Shown piece after piece: positions 28,537 through 38,645 of a stretch of 64,000 bases of DNA. The notes beneath the pieces were generated by a model, which worked only from the letters and a program-made list of their open reading frames with translations, did not search any database and was not told the DNA's origin. Origin of the DNA: an uncultured delta proteobacterium (GTDB lineage: Bacteria > Desulfobacterota > Desulfobacteria > Desulfobacterales > JAFDCJ01); the NCBI GenBank assembly GCA_963769935.1, contig CAVYNY010000014.1:32001-96000 (forward strand). The letters are read 5' to 3'. The position numbers were made by a program, and so were the translations under genes. Every line of letters starts with the position of its first letter. Position 1 is the first letter of the stretch.

Positions 28537-28626
28537 ATCACGAAAGCACGAAAGATGGAAAACACGAAAAGGGACGAATTCGTTGATATTTTATTTCGTG
28601 CTTTCGTATTTTCGTGTTTTCGTGAT
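28537..28626. repeat. Palindromic element with arms made of ~8-nt CACGAAA tandem units
   Basis: 33-nt arms at 28537-28569 and 28594-28626, 27/33 complementary by manual count, with a 24-nt spacer. Confidence 0.85.
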
Positions 28627-28963
28627 TCGCCTTTATTTTTTAAGTTTATTTCATGAATAACCCGGTCGCTGCGCGTCTGAGTCAATGGCTGAAAATTGCC
28701 AAAATTAAGCAATTTTACAGACTGTCTCGCACCAAGGCCGCATCCACATATTTCATTGCGGCCCGAATTGTGGTTTCAAGCATTCGGATTCTCCCAATTG
28801 CAAAAATAGTTGAAATCAGATTGACATGACCTGAAATGTAATCATCTTGACTTAAAAATCTAATTTTTATATTTGATCAAACTGATAGAATCAAGCTGTC
28901 GCCAAACCGGTATCGGCTGATGGCGCCGAACCGGAATACTACCGATAACAGAAAGGATATTCA

Positions 28964-29770
28964 ATGCGTATTGCGCGATTTATTGATGACAAGGGGCAGA
29001 TCCGTTATGGCCGCAACTATAATAACGGCGCCGCCGAATTGCTGGAGGGGGATTTATTCGCCGGGCTTAAGGAAACCGGTACTCTCTGCAGCGTCAAAAA
29101 GCTTCTGGCTCCCGTGGCGCCGCCCGCTGTATTCGGCATTGGTCTGAATTATCATAAACATGCCCGGGAAACCGGCATGGAATCCCCCAAATATCCGGTG
29201 CTGTTCATGAAGAATCCGGCTGCGGTTGCCAATCCCGGCGATCCGATCCTGCTGCACCCCTCCTGTATGGAGCCGCCGGAGGTGGACTATGAGACTGAAC
29301 TGGCGGTGGTCATCGGCCGGACAACCAAAGATGTTTCCGCCGCCGAGGCTTTAAATTTTGTGCTCGGATACACGGCGGCCAACGATGTTTCCGCCCGGCG
29401 CTGGCAGGGAAAACGGGGAGCGGGACAATGGGTGCGCGGCAAAAGTTTTGACACTTTCTGCCCGTTGGGACCGGAGCTGGTGACAACCGATGAGCTTGCC
29501 GATCCTCAAAATCTGCGCCTGACCTGTGTGCTCAACGGCAAGGTTATGCAGGATGCCAATACATCTGATATGATTTTCCCGGTCGCTGAATTGGTTGCTT
29601 TTCTTTCCATCGGTACCACCCTGCTGCCCGGATCGGTAATTCTTACCGGAACGCCCAGCGGTGTTGGATTCACCCGCAAACCACCGGTTTTTCTGATGCC
29701 CGGCGATACCGTTGCGGTAACGGTCGAAGGGATCGGGACCCTGAGCAATCCGGTTGCGCTTCAGGAATAG
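28964..29770 (+). CDS. Fumarylacetoacetate hydrolase family protein
   Basis: 'GIGLNY..H', 'DYETEL', 'NDVSAR', 'GKSFDTFCPLGP', 'TGTPSGVG'. Confidence 0.95.
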   Translation: MRIARFIDDKGQIRYGRNYNNGAAELLEGDLFAGLKETGTLCSVKKLLAPVAPPAVFGIGLNYHKHARETGMESPKYPVLFMKNPAAVANPGDPILLHPSCMEPPEVDYETELAVVIGRTTKDVSAAEALNFVLGYTAANDVSARRWQGKRGAGQWVRGKSFDTFCPLGPELVTTDELADPQNLRLTCVLNGKVMQDANTSDMIFPVAELVAFLSIGTTLLPGSVILTGTPSGVGFTRKPPVFLMPGDTVAVTVEGIGTLSNPVALQE

Positions 29771-29848
29771 GAGCGCTGACATCAAAGATCCCGGGGGGTA
29801 ACCGGCATTGATTTTTGACTTCGCACAGGAGGCGGCGATCTTTAGACA

Positions 29849-29990
29849 TGGAACGATGGAAGGATGGAATAATGGAATATTGGGTTTAAAAAGGTCCGCC
29901 GCGTATTAATCTCTGATCCGGGAGCTGTATCGAAAAAAGATTTCATCCTTGTGAACCCATAATTCCAACACTCCAATATTCCATCATTCC
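29849..29990. repeat. Palindromic element with arms made of 8-nt TGGAAnnn tandem units
   Basis: Left arm TGGAACGA-TGGAAGGA-TGGAATAA-TGGAATAT-TGGGTT; right arm AACCCATAATTCCAACACTCCAATATTCCATCATTCC. Confidence 0.85.
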
Positions 29991-30067
29991 GCGGCGCTTG
30001 TTTTCGACATAGACGATTTACTCTGACCATACCCGGAAGACCAGATCTCCCAATTTGGGAAAAAAAT

Positions 30068-30114
30068 GGTCTGCACTTGCTGCCGCAGCGGCAGGACGGT
30101 CCAAAGTGCAGACC
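30068..30114. terminator. Branched hairpin between convergent genes
   Basis: GGTCTGCACTT/AAGTGCAGACC outer stem enclosing CTGCCGC/GCGGCAG; A- and T-runs flank it. Confidence 0.6.
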
Positions 30115-30163
30115 TTTTGGGTTTGATGGTTATGGGCAGGCGAAAAATTGACGCGGGTTTAAA

Positions 30164-30436
30164 CTAGCAGGCTTTTGGCTGCCCGCCGCCGACAACCGAA
30201 TCGATAATCCCCTGCACCTTGAGATGGAATTCCATCGAATTGGTAAAATCCTTCAACACCTGCTGCCAGGTGAATCCACGCTCGACTTTATCCAGCCAGG
30301 TGTCGAATTCTTCTCTGGTCGTTATAGCGCGCAGCATGTCGTTGTATAGTTCTTCCAGAAATTCACGATCGGTTTTGTCCCTCATAATGAACTCCTCGCT
30401 TTGCATGAATTTCAGGCACAAGACGTAAAGGCTCAA
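30164..30436 (-). pseudogene. DUF4214-like domain fragment, probably a truncated gene
   Basis: 'F..SEEF......EFLEELY...L.R......F..W.......T..QVL..F..S.EF' pattern; TTG start with no clear RBS and an in-frame TGA just upstream. Confidence 0.5.
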
Positions 30437-30790
30437 TCGATGGAGATTTCGGCAGTCCGGAAAGTATCAGGCTTCCGGCGGCATAAGTTTAACCGGGTAC
30501 AGTTGCTGGGTTCAGGGCCTTCCGCAACACTTGTAGCTGATGATTAGTCATAGCATGCGAAAAAAGTCGTTTCAAGAAGAAAAACTCAAATAAATCAATT
30601 AGTTGTTAAACTAACCTTAATTGCTGATTTTACGGCATCCGATAAATCGGTAAAATTCGCTAAGATTGATTCAGAAAAAATTGGCCGGGGCCTCACGCCA
30701 TCCGACTTGAAACAGCAAATATCACCCCCTTGGGCCTATATTCGATCGAATGTATACAGGTTATTCAGCGCGGCCTTACCGGCCGGCATA

Positions 30791-32245
30791 TCAACCGGCC
30801 AGCTCTTTCTCACCTTTAAGCTTCAGCTTTTCAAGGGCCGCTAATGTCTTATCCTGTAATTTTGGAACCTTATGGGTTTCCAGGATCTCTTTTACTTTTG
30901 TCTGCACCCGCACGCTCATATCCTTGGCCCCCTGTTGGCGCCAGGCGTCGTACGAATGCCGGCTCAATAAAGATGGCATCCAGAGTTCATCCCGAAAATG
31001 GCGAAAGGTATGCTCCTGCTGGATAAAATTTCCACCGGGCCCGACTTTTTGAACGACGTCCCGGGCCAATGTTTCCGGATTCACCTCTATACCGCGGATA
31101 AATCGCTTCGCCATGCCGACCACTTCATTGCCCATAACCAGCATCTCGGCCGAACAAATCATCCCCCCATCCATATAGCCGACATCGTGGATTAAATTCA
31201 ATCCGCCCAGCCCCTGGGCCAGGATGGAAAATGCACTTTCAATTCCGGCCTGCGCATCCAGAACCTTGGAGTCGGTGGCACCGGCCAGCCCCCAGGTAGG
31301 CAGCCCGAAAGATTGGGCCACCTCTGCCTGGGCTGCAAGTCCCAGGCTCATCTCCGGCGCAGCAATGGTCATGCGGGTGGTGGACATATCAAAGCCGGAA
31401 ACATTGGCGCCGAGGAAGCACGGAGTGCCGGTTCGGCGCAGTTGCGCCAAGGTCAGACACAGGAGACCTTCTGCGATTGCCAGGGCTACGGCTCCGGCCA
31501 GTGTAACGGGTGCGGTTGCTCCCATCTGCTGGCTGGGCCCGGGGATTTGCGGCATGCCCAAATCGGCTGCAATAAAAATTCGGTCCACGACTTCGACCGG
31601 AAAAACCAACGGTGTGATCGGTTCGGGATAAGCGATCAGAAAGGGGTGCTCTCTTAATTCCTCCATGCCGCCGGCGACCTCCGCCGCCATCTCGTAAACC
31701 AGTTCAAAACCCCGCTTGGAATAACCGATAAATACAATCGGTTTTGTAGTATTTGTAACCACGGCTTCAAATTCGTGCAAATCAGCTGCGAGTCCGGGCA
31801 CATCCTGGCAAGACCCCATGGGCATCACCCAATCTATGTCGGGCAGTGCATCTGCAATCAGTGCGCCGCGGGCGATATCGATCACGCGGGTCTCATGAAC
31901 TTCACCTGTTAAAGCGTCCTTTGTTCTGGGACTGGCCGTGGAAGTGCCATAATAGCTTTTGCGACCCTCCACCTCCAGGGCGCGTTTTTTATTTCTATCA
32001 TAGATCGTCAAACCTTTAGGCGCCGCACGAATACATTCCTGCACCACATATTCGGGGATTTTCACCACCTCGTTTCTGACAAGGGCGCCGGCTTTTTTCA
32101 GCATCTCCCGGGCCTCTTTATGCAGGATTTTAGCGCCTGTTTTTTCTAAAATATCAAAGCCTGCCCGCTTGATTTCCTGGATTTGATCATCGCTCAGCAC
32201 GCGAAAGAAAACCGACCGGTTCTCCCTGAAAGACGATTGTATCAT
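30791..32245 (-). CDS. MttB-superfamily (non-pyrrolysine) amine:corrinoid methyltransferase
   Basis: 'GATAPVTLAG', 'DSK.LDAQAG.E', 'NLIHDVGY', 'VGPGGNF...HT'; no in-frame amber codon. Confidence 0.92.
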   Translation of the reverse strand: MIQSSFRENRSVFFRVLSDDQIQEIKRAGFDILEKTGAKILHKEAREMLKKAGALVRNEVVKIPEYVVQECIRAAPKGLTIYDRNKKRALEVEGRKSYYGTSTASPRTKDALTGEVHETRVIDIARGALIADALPDIDWVMPMGSCQDVPGLAADLHEFEAVVTNTTKPIVFIGYSKRGFELVYEMAAEVAGGMEELREHPFLIAYPEPITPLVFPVEVVDRIFIAADLGMPQIPGPSQQMGATAPVTLAGAVALAIAEGLLCLTLAQLRRTGTPCFLGANVSGFDMSTTRMTIAAPEMSLGLAAQAEVAQSFGLPTWGLAGATDSKVLDAQAGIESAFSILAQGLGGLNLIHDVGYMDGGMICSAEMLVMGNEVVGMAKRFIRGIEVNPETLARDVVQKVGPGGNFIQQEHTFRHFRDELWMPSLLSRHSYDAWRQQGAKDMSVRVQTKVKEILETHKVPKLQDKTLAALEKLKLKGEKELAG

Positions 32246-32432
32246 GTAACCTCCTTTCCGTTCAAAAAATGCATTTCAGCGTAGAATTGCCGGAATATAT
32301 CCGGTTTTTGAGTGCCGTGTAAAGTGATCTCTCATCTCCCTACTTGACACCCAATCCTCATTTGCACTAAAATTTATAAAATTGTCTGCCTTTGGGTGAT
32401 AATTCCGCCGTACGGATGCTTGCCCGTACAAA

Positions 32433-34037
32433 ATGAAAGAAATGATTAAAACAAAAAAGCAGCTCCTGGATGAAATAACCGAATTGCGCCGAGAAATCAA
32501 AGCATTCGAAAACGACTCATTCAACTCAGCGGAAAAGAACCCGGAGTTAGAACAGCGCAAAGAACTGTACCGTGCATTGGCGGAGCATGCCAGTGAGGCC
32601 ATCCTGGTGATTCAGGACAAAAAACTAAAATATGTCAATGCCAAGGCTATGGAAGTCACAGGTTATTCGAGAAAAGAGTTAACTTCAAGTGTTTTTGATC
32701 ATTTTATCCACCCGCATGATCGCCGCCTGATCGGACTCAATGATATGCAGGGTCTCAATTGTGAAACCGAAGTCAAACACTTGGCCTGCCGGGTAGTTGA
32801 CAAAAAAGGCAACACCAGATGGGTGGATGCCAAATTTCTGAGGACCCCATGGGCGGAAAAATCAGCTGTTCTGTGTTTCCTGATGGATATTACCGAGCGC
32901 AAAACTGCGGAGGAGGCACTGCGTTTCAGCGAAGCAAGATACCGCCAACTCGTCGAATACGCGCCCGCAGGGATTTATGAAGTCGACATGACAACCGGCA
33001 AGTTTATCAGCGTCAATGATGTGGTTTGCGAATGCACCGGCTACACGAAGGAAGAATTCCAGAATTTAAAAATGTGGGATGTTCTGAAAGAAAAAAGCCG
33101 CGAAAAACTTCTCGAACGATATCAAAAAATGCTGAAAGGTGAACCTGTCCCGGCGGAGGTTGAATACGAAATCATCGGCAAAAATAAAAGGAAGATATCC
33201 TTTTTGGCCTATACGAGGATCGTATGTGAAAATGGCCGGCCGGTCAGAACGACTACGGTGGCCCATGACGTAACCGAGCGAAAACGGATGGAGGAAGAAC
33301 TCAGCAATGCTCGGAAGCTTGAATCATTAGGCGTGCTGGCCGGCGGGATCGGCCACGATTTTAACAATCTTCTGTCTGGAATCATTGGAAATATCTCTCT
33401 GGCCAAGCTCGAATCGGAGCGGGGAGAAGCTTTTTTGGAATCCCTGGATGAGGCCCTGCGAGTCTCTGCCAAGGCCAGTGCGCTTACCCAGCAGCTGTTG
33501 GTTTTTTCAAAGTGGGGCGCACCGGTTAAGAAGGCAGCCTCCATCGCCGAGGTGTTGCGAGACTCCGCTGCTTTTACCCTGCGGGGCTCGAAAGTGATAT
33601 GTGAGTTCAGCATAGCAGACGATCTCTGGCCGGTTAAAGTGGACATCGGACAATTCAGCCAGATGATTCATAATCTTGTCATTAATGCCTTGCAGGCCAT
33701 GTCCAAGGGTGGCGCAATCAAACTGCGGGCCGGCAATATCACCCTGGAGACGGTATCGGACATACCGCTGAAGCCCGGCCGCTACATCGAAATCAATATT
33801 CAGGATCAGGGTAATGGAATTGCGCCGGAGGATCTCCCCAAAATTTTCGATCCTTATTTTACCACCAAGGCCAAGGGAAGTGGACTGGGCCTAACGATGT
33901 CATATACGATCATCAAACGCCACGATGGACACATTACAGCGGAATCCGAAGTCGGAAAAGGGACCGTCTTCCGTATCTTTCTGCCGGCCACCGCAGAAGT
34001 ACCGGTAGAAATCGCGGATAGAGAGCCCACGCTGTAA
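32433..34037 (+). CDS. PAS-PAS sensor histidine kinase; receiver domain lost by frameshift and truncation
   Basis: H-box 'GIGHDFNNLL'; N, G1, F and G2 boxes present; 'GEGKILVMEDEE' follows in the +1 frame at 34039-34074 and then homology ends. Confidence 0.9.
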   Translation: MKEMIKTKKQLLDEITELRREIKAFENDSFNSAEKNPELEQRKELYRALAEHASEAILVIQDKKLKYVNAKAMEVTGYSRKELTSSVFDHFIHPHDRRLIGLNDMQGLNCETEVKHLACRVVDKKGNTRWVDAKFLRTPWAEKSAVLCFLMDITERKTAEEALRFSEARYRQLVEYAPAGIYEVDMTTGKFISVNDVVCECTGYTKEEFQNLKMWDVLKEKSREKLLERYQKMLKGEPVPAEVEYEIIGKNKRKISFLAYTRIVCENGRPVRTTTVAHDVTERKRMEEELSNARKLESLGVLAGGIGHDFNNLLSGIIGNISLAKLESERGEAFLESLDEALRVSAKASALTQQLLVFSKWGAPVKKAASIAEVLRDSAAFTLRGSKVICEFSIADDLWPVKVDIGQFSQMIHNLVINALQAMSKGGAIKLRAGNITLETVSDIPLKPGRYIEINIQDQGNGIAPEDLPKIFDPYFTTKAKGSGLGLTMSYTIIKRHDGHITAESEVGKGTVFRIFLPATAEVPVEIADREPTL

Positions 34038-34173
34038 GGGCGAAGGTAAAATCCTCGTAATGGAAGATGAAGAAAGCAAGCCGGAGGCTTTAATTCAACG
34101 TCTCAGAATTTTTATGATGATAACTGCCTTGCTTTAGTTGTTGAACTCACTGCCCGAATGCTTGCCTCTAAAA

Positions 34174-36169
34174 ATGAAAGAAATGAAACAAACAAATAAG
34201 CAGCTCCTCGATGAAATAGCAGAATTGCAGCGAAAAATCAAAGCATTCGAAAAAGCCTCCTCCAATCGTCCCGCAAAGATTTGTGAAAACCAACAAAGTG
34301 AAGAGCTGTTCGGCCTCCTGGTTGAAAATGCTGATGAGGCCATAGTGATGATTCAAAATGGCAAGATCCAGTATGCAAATACCAAGGCCTCGGAGGTAAC
34401 AGGATATTCGATAGGAGAGTTACGCGCAAGATCCTTTATCAATTTGATCCATCCGGATGATCGCACGCGGATCTCATTCGATGATAGCCTACTTCGCAAT
34501 AAAGACAAGGCTTCCGAACTAATCACTTTCAGGATTAAAACTAAAAATGACGACTTCCGTTGGCTGGAGGCCAAGCTTCTCAGTACGGCAAAGATGGGTC
34601 AATCCAGCGTGCTGGGCTTCCTGAATGACGTTACCGAACAAAAAATCGCAGAGGAGGCTTTGCGTGAAAGCGAGGCAAAATACCGGCAGCTTGTCGAACA
34701 CGCACCGGCTGGCATTTATGAAATAGATTTGACGAATGGTCAATTTATCAGTGTAAATGATGTAATGTGTGAATATACAGGTTATACAAAGGAGGAATTG
34801 CTCAATCTGAATTTCATGAACCTTCTCACTCAAGAGAGCCTTGAGAAAAATCTTCTACGATATGAGAAAATACTAAATGCTGAAGCAGTCCCCGAAATAG
34901 CCGAATATGAAATCATTGGGAAAGACCAACGAAAACTTTGGATACTAGTTAATACAAAAATAAAATATGAAAATGGCACACCTGTCAGCGTGACAGTTAT
35001 AGCGCATATCATCACCAATCGAAAAAAGCTTGAACAAGAATTAAGCAAGGCTCAAAAGTTGGAATCTTTGGGTATTCTGGCCGGTGGCATTGGCCATGAT
35101 TTTAGAAATCTTCTTTCTGGAATTATGGGGAATATCTCTCTAGCCAAGCTTGAGGCGGAACGCGGCGAGGATATAAAGGAATCCCTGGATGAGGCCCTGC
35201 GGGTTGCATCTAAGGCTAGTGCGCTTACCCAGCAGTTATTAGTCTTTTCAAGGGGCGGAGCACCGGTTAGAAAGGCTGCCGGCATCGCTGACGTATTAAA
35301 GGAATCCACGGCCTTTACCCTGAGGGGATCAAAAGTGAGCTGCCGATATAATATCGCAAAAAACCTCTGGCCGGTTAAAGTCGACCTCGGGCAGTTCAGT
35401 CAGGTGATTCAGAATCTGGTCCTCAATGCCTAGGCAGGCCATGCCAAAAGGCGGTGAAATCAGGCTGCAAGCCGGAAATGTTGTGATCGATAAAACTTTT
35501 GATTTGCCTCTAAATCCGGGCCGCTATGTAGAAATAAGGATCCAGGACCAGGGCGAAGGTATTTCGCAGAAAAATCTTTCCAAAATATTTGATCCCTATT
35601 TTACGACCAAGTCAAGAGGAAGTGGACTCGGCCTAACAATCACATACACTGTTATCCGGCGACATGATGGGCACATTGCCGTGGAATCTGAAATCGGCAA
35701 AGGGACGACTTTCGTGATATATCTACCTTCTACCCATGAGGTTCCCGAAGAAACCCATGACCGAAAGGTTCACCCTGTTGAAGGCAAGGGAAGAATCCTG
35801 GTTATGGATGATGAGGAAACACTAAGAAAAATAGCCGAAAGAATGCTCCTCAGATTAGGCTATGAAGTCCAGTGTGTTAAGGACGGAGACGAGGCCGTCA
35901 AGTATTACGAGCAGGCCAAACGAAACGGACAGTCATTTGATGCGGTAATCATGGACTTGACCATACCAGGTGGAATGGGGGGAAAAGAGACCATCAAAAA
36001 ATTACTGGAAATTGATCCACAAGCAAAATCGGTTGTATCCAGCGGGTATTCCAATGATCCCATAATGTCAAATTATAAGGAATTCGGCTTTAGAGGTGTT
36101 GTTCCCAAACCGTATAGAATTGAGGAACTCAGCTTGATAATACACGAAGTATTGAAATCAGGAGAATGA
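34174..36169 (+). pseudogene. PAS-PAS hybrid histidine kinase/receiver with a +1 frameshift near 35431
   Basis: AATGCC-TAGG-CAGGCCATG here versus AATGCC-TTG-CAGGCCATG in the paralogue; ATPase and receiver domains continue in ORF 35426-36169. Could be a sequencing error. Confidence 0.85.
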
Positions 36170-36249
36170 ACCGGTTGAATCCGTGCTGAAAAGCACTAAG
36201 AAATTATTTACTGCCAATCAACACGTGAAGTTCATTAAATAGGCAAGTA

Positions 36250-36313
36250 AAAAATCCTGACCCAGAGAGCCAGGCATTGAACTCACCCCAGAGGACAAGG
36301 TTTTCAATGTTGG
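36250..36313 (+). repeat. Modular dispersed repeat, copy C (insert 1 only)
   Basis: AAAAATCCTGACCCA-[GAGAGCCAGGCATTGAACTCACCCCA]-GAGGACAAGGTTTTCAATGTTGG. Confidence 0.7.
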
Positions 36314-36345
36314 AATGAAAGCCCCCCCCTCCTCAATTCGACTCA

Positions 36346-37437
36346 CTAATGCAGGCTTATGGCTCGCTTTTTTGTCAATTTTAGAATTACCTTCTCCAGT
36401 CTATTGAATCCCATAGTGGTCTGCTCATGGTTAAAGGGAAAATAAAAAAAATTAATTTTGAATTTTTGGGCGTCAAAATTTCGCAGCGATGAGATTCCTA
36501 ATTTTTTCAACCCTGCTTCCATAAGCTCTAAAATTCGAAATGCTATCTTGGGATTTAAACTTTCTATTTCATTTATCGCTTCGATAAGCTCATCAGCTGA
36601 TTTAAAAGAACCGAGGACTTGACGCTGCAAAAAGTAAATTGCAACATCACGGGCAGCATTTTTCTCATCGAGGATATCTGCCCGTACGAATGATGGTACA
36701 ATATCTATTGGGAAAAAGTGCTGCAGACTTGAAAGAAGCGACCCATAAGTATCTCCACAAACATATGAGCTGGGATGCTCAAGAAGGCCATTTTCGATTA
36801 CAAAATCCCTCGCCATCAGAAAAGCAGCAGCTATCCAAACAGTTTTCAGCAGTCCAGCACATGAATTTGCATCTTGCCCGTCCATAGCTGTGGCCTTCAC
36901 TAATCTACCGACCTCTAAGGCAGGCACATTGGACAATCGATTTTCAAATTGGCCTAAGCTCAGGTAGGACAAACTCGGCATTTCCTCTTTATCACTAAAA
37001 AAATACAGGGCCATAGACCCGACGATTTCCCCGGACTTCATTACCAAAACGACAATATCATCTGCCTTTCTGAGGGAAACAAAGTCACTGGCTCTTTTGA
37101 GTTCTTTGGTTGAACAATATTCGCCATAAAGCTCTTTGCATGGCTCAACCAATGATCTTAAATTTGGGAGTATTCCGCTGGAAAGTAAAAGCAATGAGGC
37201 TTCGAATAGATTTGACAAAAAGAGGCTGTTGCGGTAACCGTCGGCGACCAGCTGATCTAAACTCTTTTTTAAATAAAAGGGGATATTTTCGTATCTGGTA
37301 ATCAGTGCAGTGAATTCACCGGCCTGAAATTTCTGCTCAGCCCAGTTGTACTCATAGCTGAAATCACAGGGAATAAATGGATAGCTGCCGATTCCATTTC
37401 TTCCCGGAAAAATTTGGCTCGTGGCAAAATCATTCAT
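36346..37437 (-). CDS. Hypothetical protein with a putative acyl-transferase (FeeM/LuxI-like GNAT) core
   Basis: 'VLVMKSGEIVGSMAL....EEMP...ALEVGRLV' pattern; AT-rich gene; start is 37437 or 37485. Confidence 0.65.
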   Translation of the reverse strand: MNDFATSQIFPGRNGIGSYPFIPCDFSYEYNWAEQKFQAGEFTALITRYENIPFYLKKSLDQLVADGYRNSLFLSNLFEASLLLLSSGILPNLRSLVEPCKELYGEYCSTKELKRASDFVSLRKADDIVVLVMKSGEIVGSMALYFFSDKEEMPSLSYLSLGQFENRLSNVPALEVGRLVKATAMDGQDANSCAGLLKTVWIAAAFLMARDFVIENGLLEHPSSYVCGDTYGSLLSSLQHFFPIDIVPSFVRADILDEKNAARDVAIYFLQRQVLGSFKSADELIEAINEIESLNPKIAFRILELMEAGLKKLGISSLRNFDAQKFKINFFYFPFNHEQTTMGFNRLEKVILKLTKKRAISLH

Positions 37438-37727
37438 CGGTCTCGTATTCCCCCGGCGGCAATACTTTGTGAGGCCAACATGCAAGCATTCATTCTAAAA
37501 TCTGCCGATCAAATCTGTCGCTCCCTAATCCCCCGATTAGCTTGAGCAACATCCATGCCATTCGGCGCTTCCGGCCGTCGACAGCCCCGCGTTGCTTGAT
37601 TACAGTAGTTTTGCTCGCCCCTTTTTGTTTCTTCCGCAAATTCGGTTTATTTTTATTTATCGGCCGAATTGAAAATAACTTGACTGTTTTCGTCAAAAAA
37701 ATGTCTCCGGTATCCATCGGAAGACCA

Positions 37728-37985
37728 TCAAACAAAGAGATGATGGATGGATTCCAAAAGGCGCAAAGAGAAGACTTCGGCTTGCAGTTTTGCAGGGTCG
37801 TCCAGCCGGATCAGGGTCAACGCGAATGTCAAGGAGGTTGTCACTTCATCGACAACCGGGTATGCGCCTGCAGTGTCGTTGACACGGCCGTTTTCAGGGC
37901 TGCCGCCCTCCCAACCGTAAACCGAGTTTGCAATCCAGGCTTCGAAAGCCCCTATCCGCCGATCGATCGGCCGCCGGGCTGCCAT
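37728..37985 (-). CDS. Possible small protein or gene fragment
   Basis: 85-codon ORF with coding-like codon usage but no recognisable motif or clear RBS. Confidence 0.3.
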   Translation of the reverse strand: MAARRPIDRRIGAFEAWIANSVYGWEGGSPENGRVNDTAGAYPVVDEVTTSLTFALTLIRLDDPAKLQAEVFSLRLLESIHHLFV

Positions 37986-38051
37986 AAGAATATTATTACA
38001 TTTCAGATAGTTAAGATTTTATCCGGTGATCGATTAATTATAGTGGCAGTC

Positions 38052-38067
38052 TGGCATGTTCATTGCG
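38052..38067 (+). promoter_or_regulatory. sigma54 promoter
   Basis: TGGCATGTTCATTGCG (GG-N10-GC with TTGC), about 90 nt upstream of ATG 38154. Confidence 0.65.
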
Positions 38068-38153
38068 ATGGAAAAGGGCAGGTTCAGGACTGGATTGATG
38101 ATCTGATAGATATGGGGTTGGCTGCAAACACGTTAAAACCTTGGAGGTGAGAA

Positions 38154-38612
38154 ATGAAGTTAATCGCCCGCAATCAGACTCTTTCAAATTTCATTCAAAA
38201 TCAAAGCGCAAATTGGAGACAGGGCGTAGGGGGCTGCCAAAGGATCGATCAACGCGAGCTGGTGATGCGGCAAATTAAGCGTTCACCTTTGCAAAAACAA
38301 CCAGAGAGCAAAAATATAGCTCCTGGACTTTGTATCGAGGATATCGAGGTGTGCGCCGATAGAAAGTATATGTACTGCAAAGGCATCGTGCGCAGCCACG
38401 GGTCCCGGGCAAGATCGAATTTAGTCGTGGCGGTTGAATGGCTGGATGAACATCGACAGGCCCTGAACACGGACTGGAAGCGCATCGAAATGCAACTTGA
38501 CGGCAAAAGGGTGCCGTTGTTTCCCAATACGATGAGACCGTTCAGTGTTAAAGCCCCTCTGGACCGGCGGGTGAAATGGGTTAAAGCCTATGCCTTCTCA
38601 GGCAATAATTGA
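38154..38612 (+). CDS. Hypothetical protein with a possible Ig-like (FxLYD-like) C-terminal domain
   Basis: GGAGGTG RBS; 'G.V...G......V.VEWLD........W......L.P...R.F' pattern. Confidence 0.75.
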   Translation: MKLIARNQTLSNFIQNQSANWRQGVGGCQRIDQRELVMRQIKRSPLQKQPESKNIAPGLCIEDIEVCADRKYMYCKGIVRSHGSRARSNLVVAVEWLDEHRQALNTDWKRIEMQLDGKRVPLFPNTMRPFSVKAPLDRRVKWVKAYAFSGNN

Positions 38613-38645
38613 GGGATGCGGCGGCTGTTTTCAATACAGGCTGGT

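Noticed and set aside
28537..28626. Tandem-unit arrays as CRISPR arrays
   Set aside because: Units are 7-9 nt with no unique spacers, and no cas genes are present.
30466..30468. In-frame TGA upstream of the DUF4214-like ORF as a second selenocysteine
   Set aside because: No redox motif or known Cys-homologue context.
30440..30540. Possible c-di-GMP-I riboswitch on the minus strand (ends CCGGACTGCCGAA)
   Set aside because: The GCAAA/GAAA/GACGCAAA elements of the first stem are absent.
37542..38150. 202-aa plus-strand ORF
   Set aside because: TTG start, atypical composition, overlaps a sigma54 motif and reads like antisense sequence.
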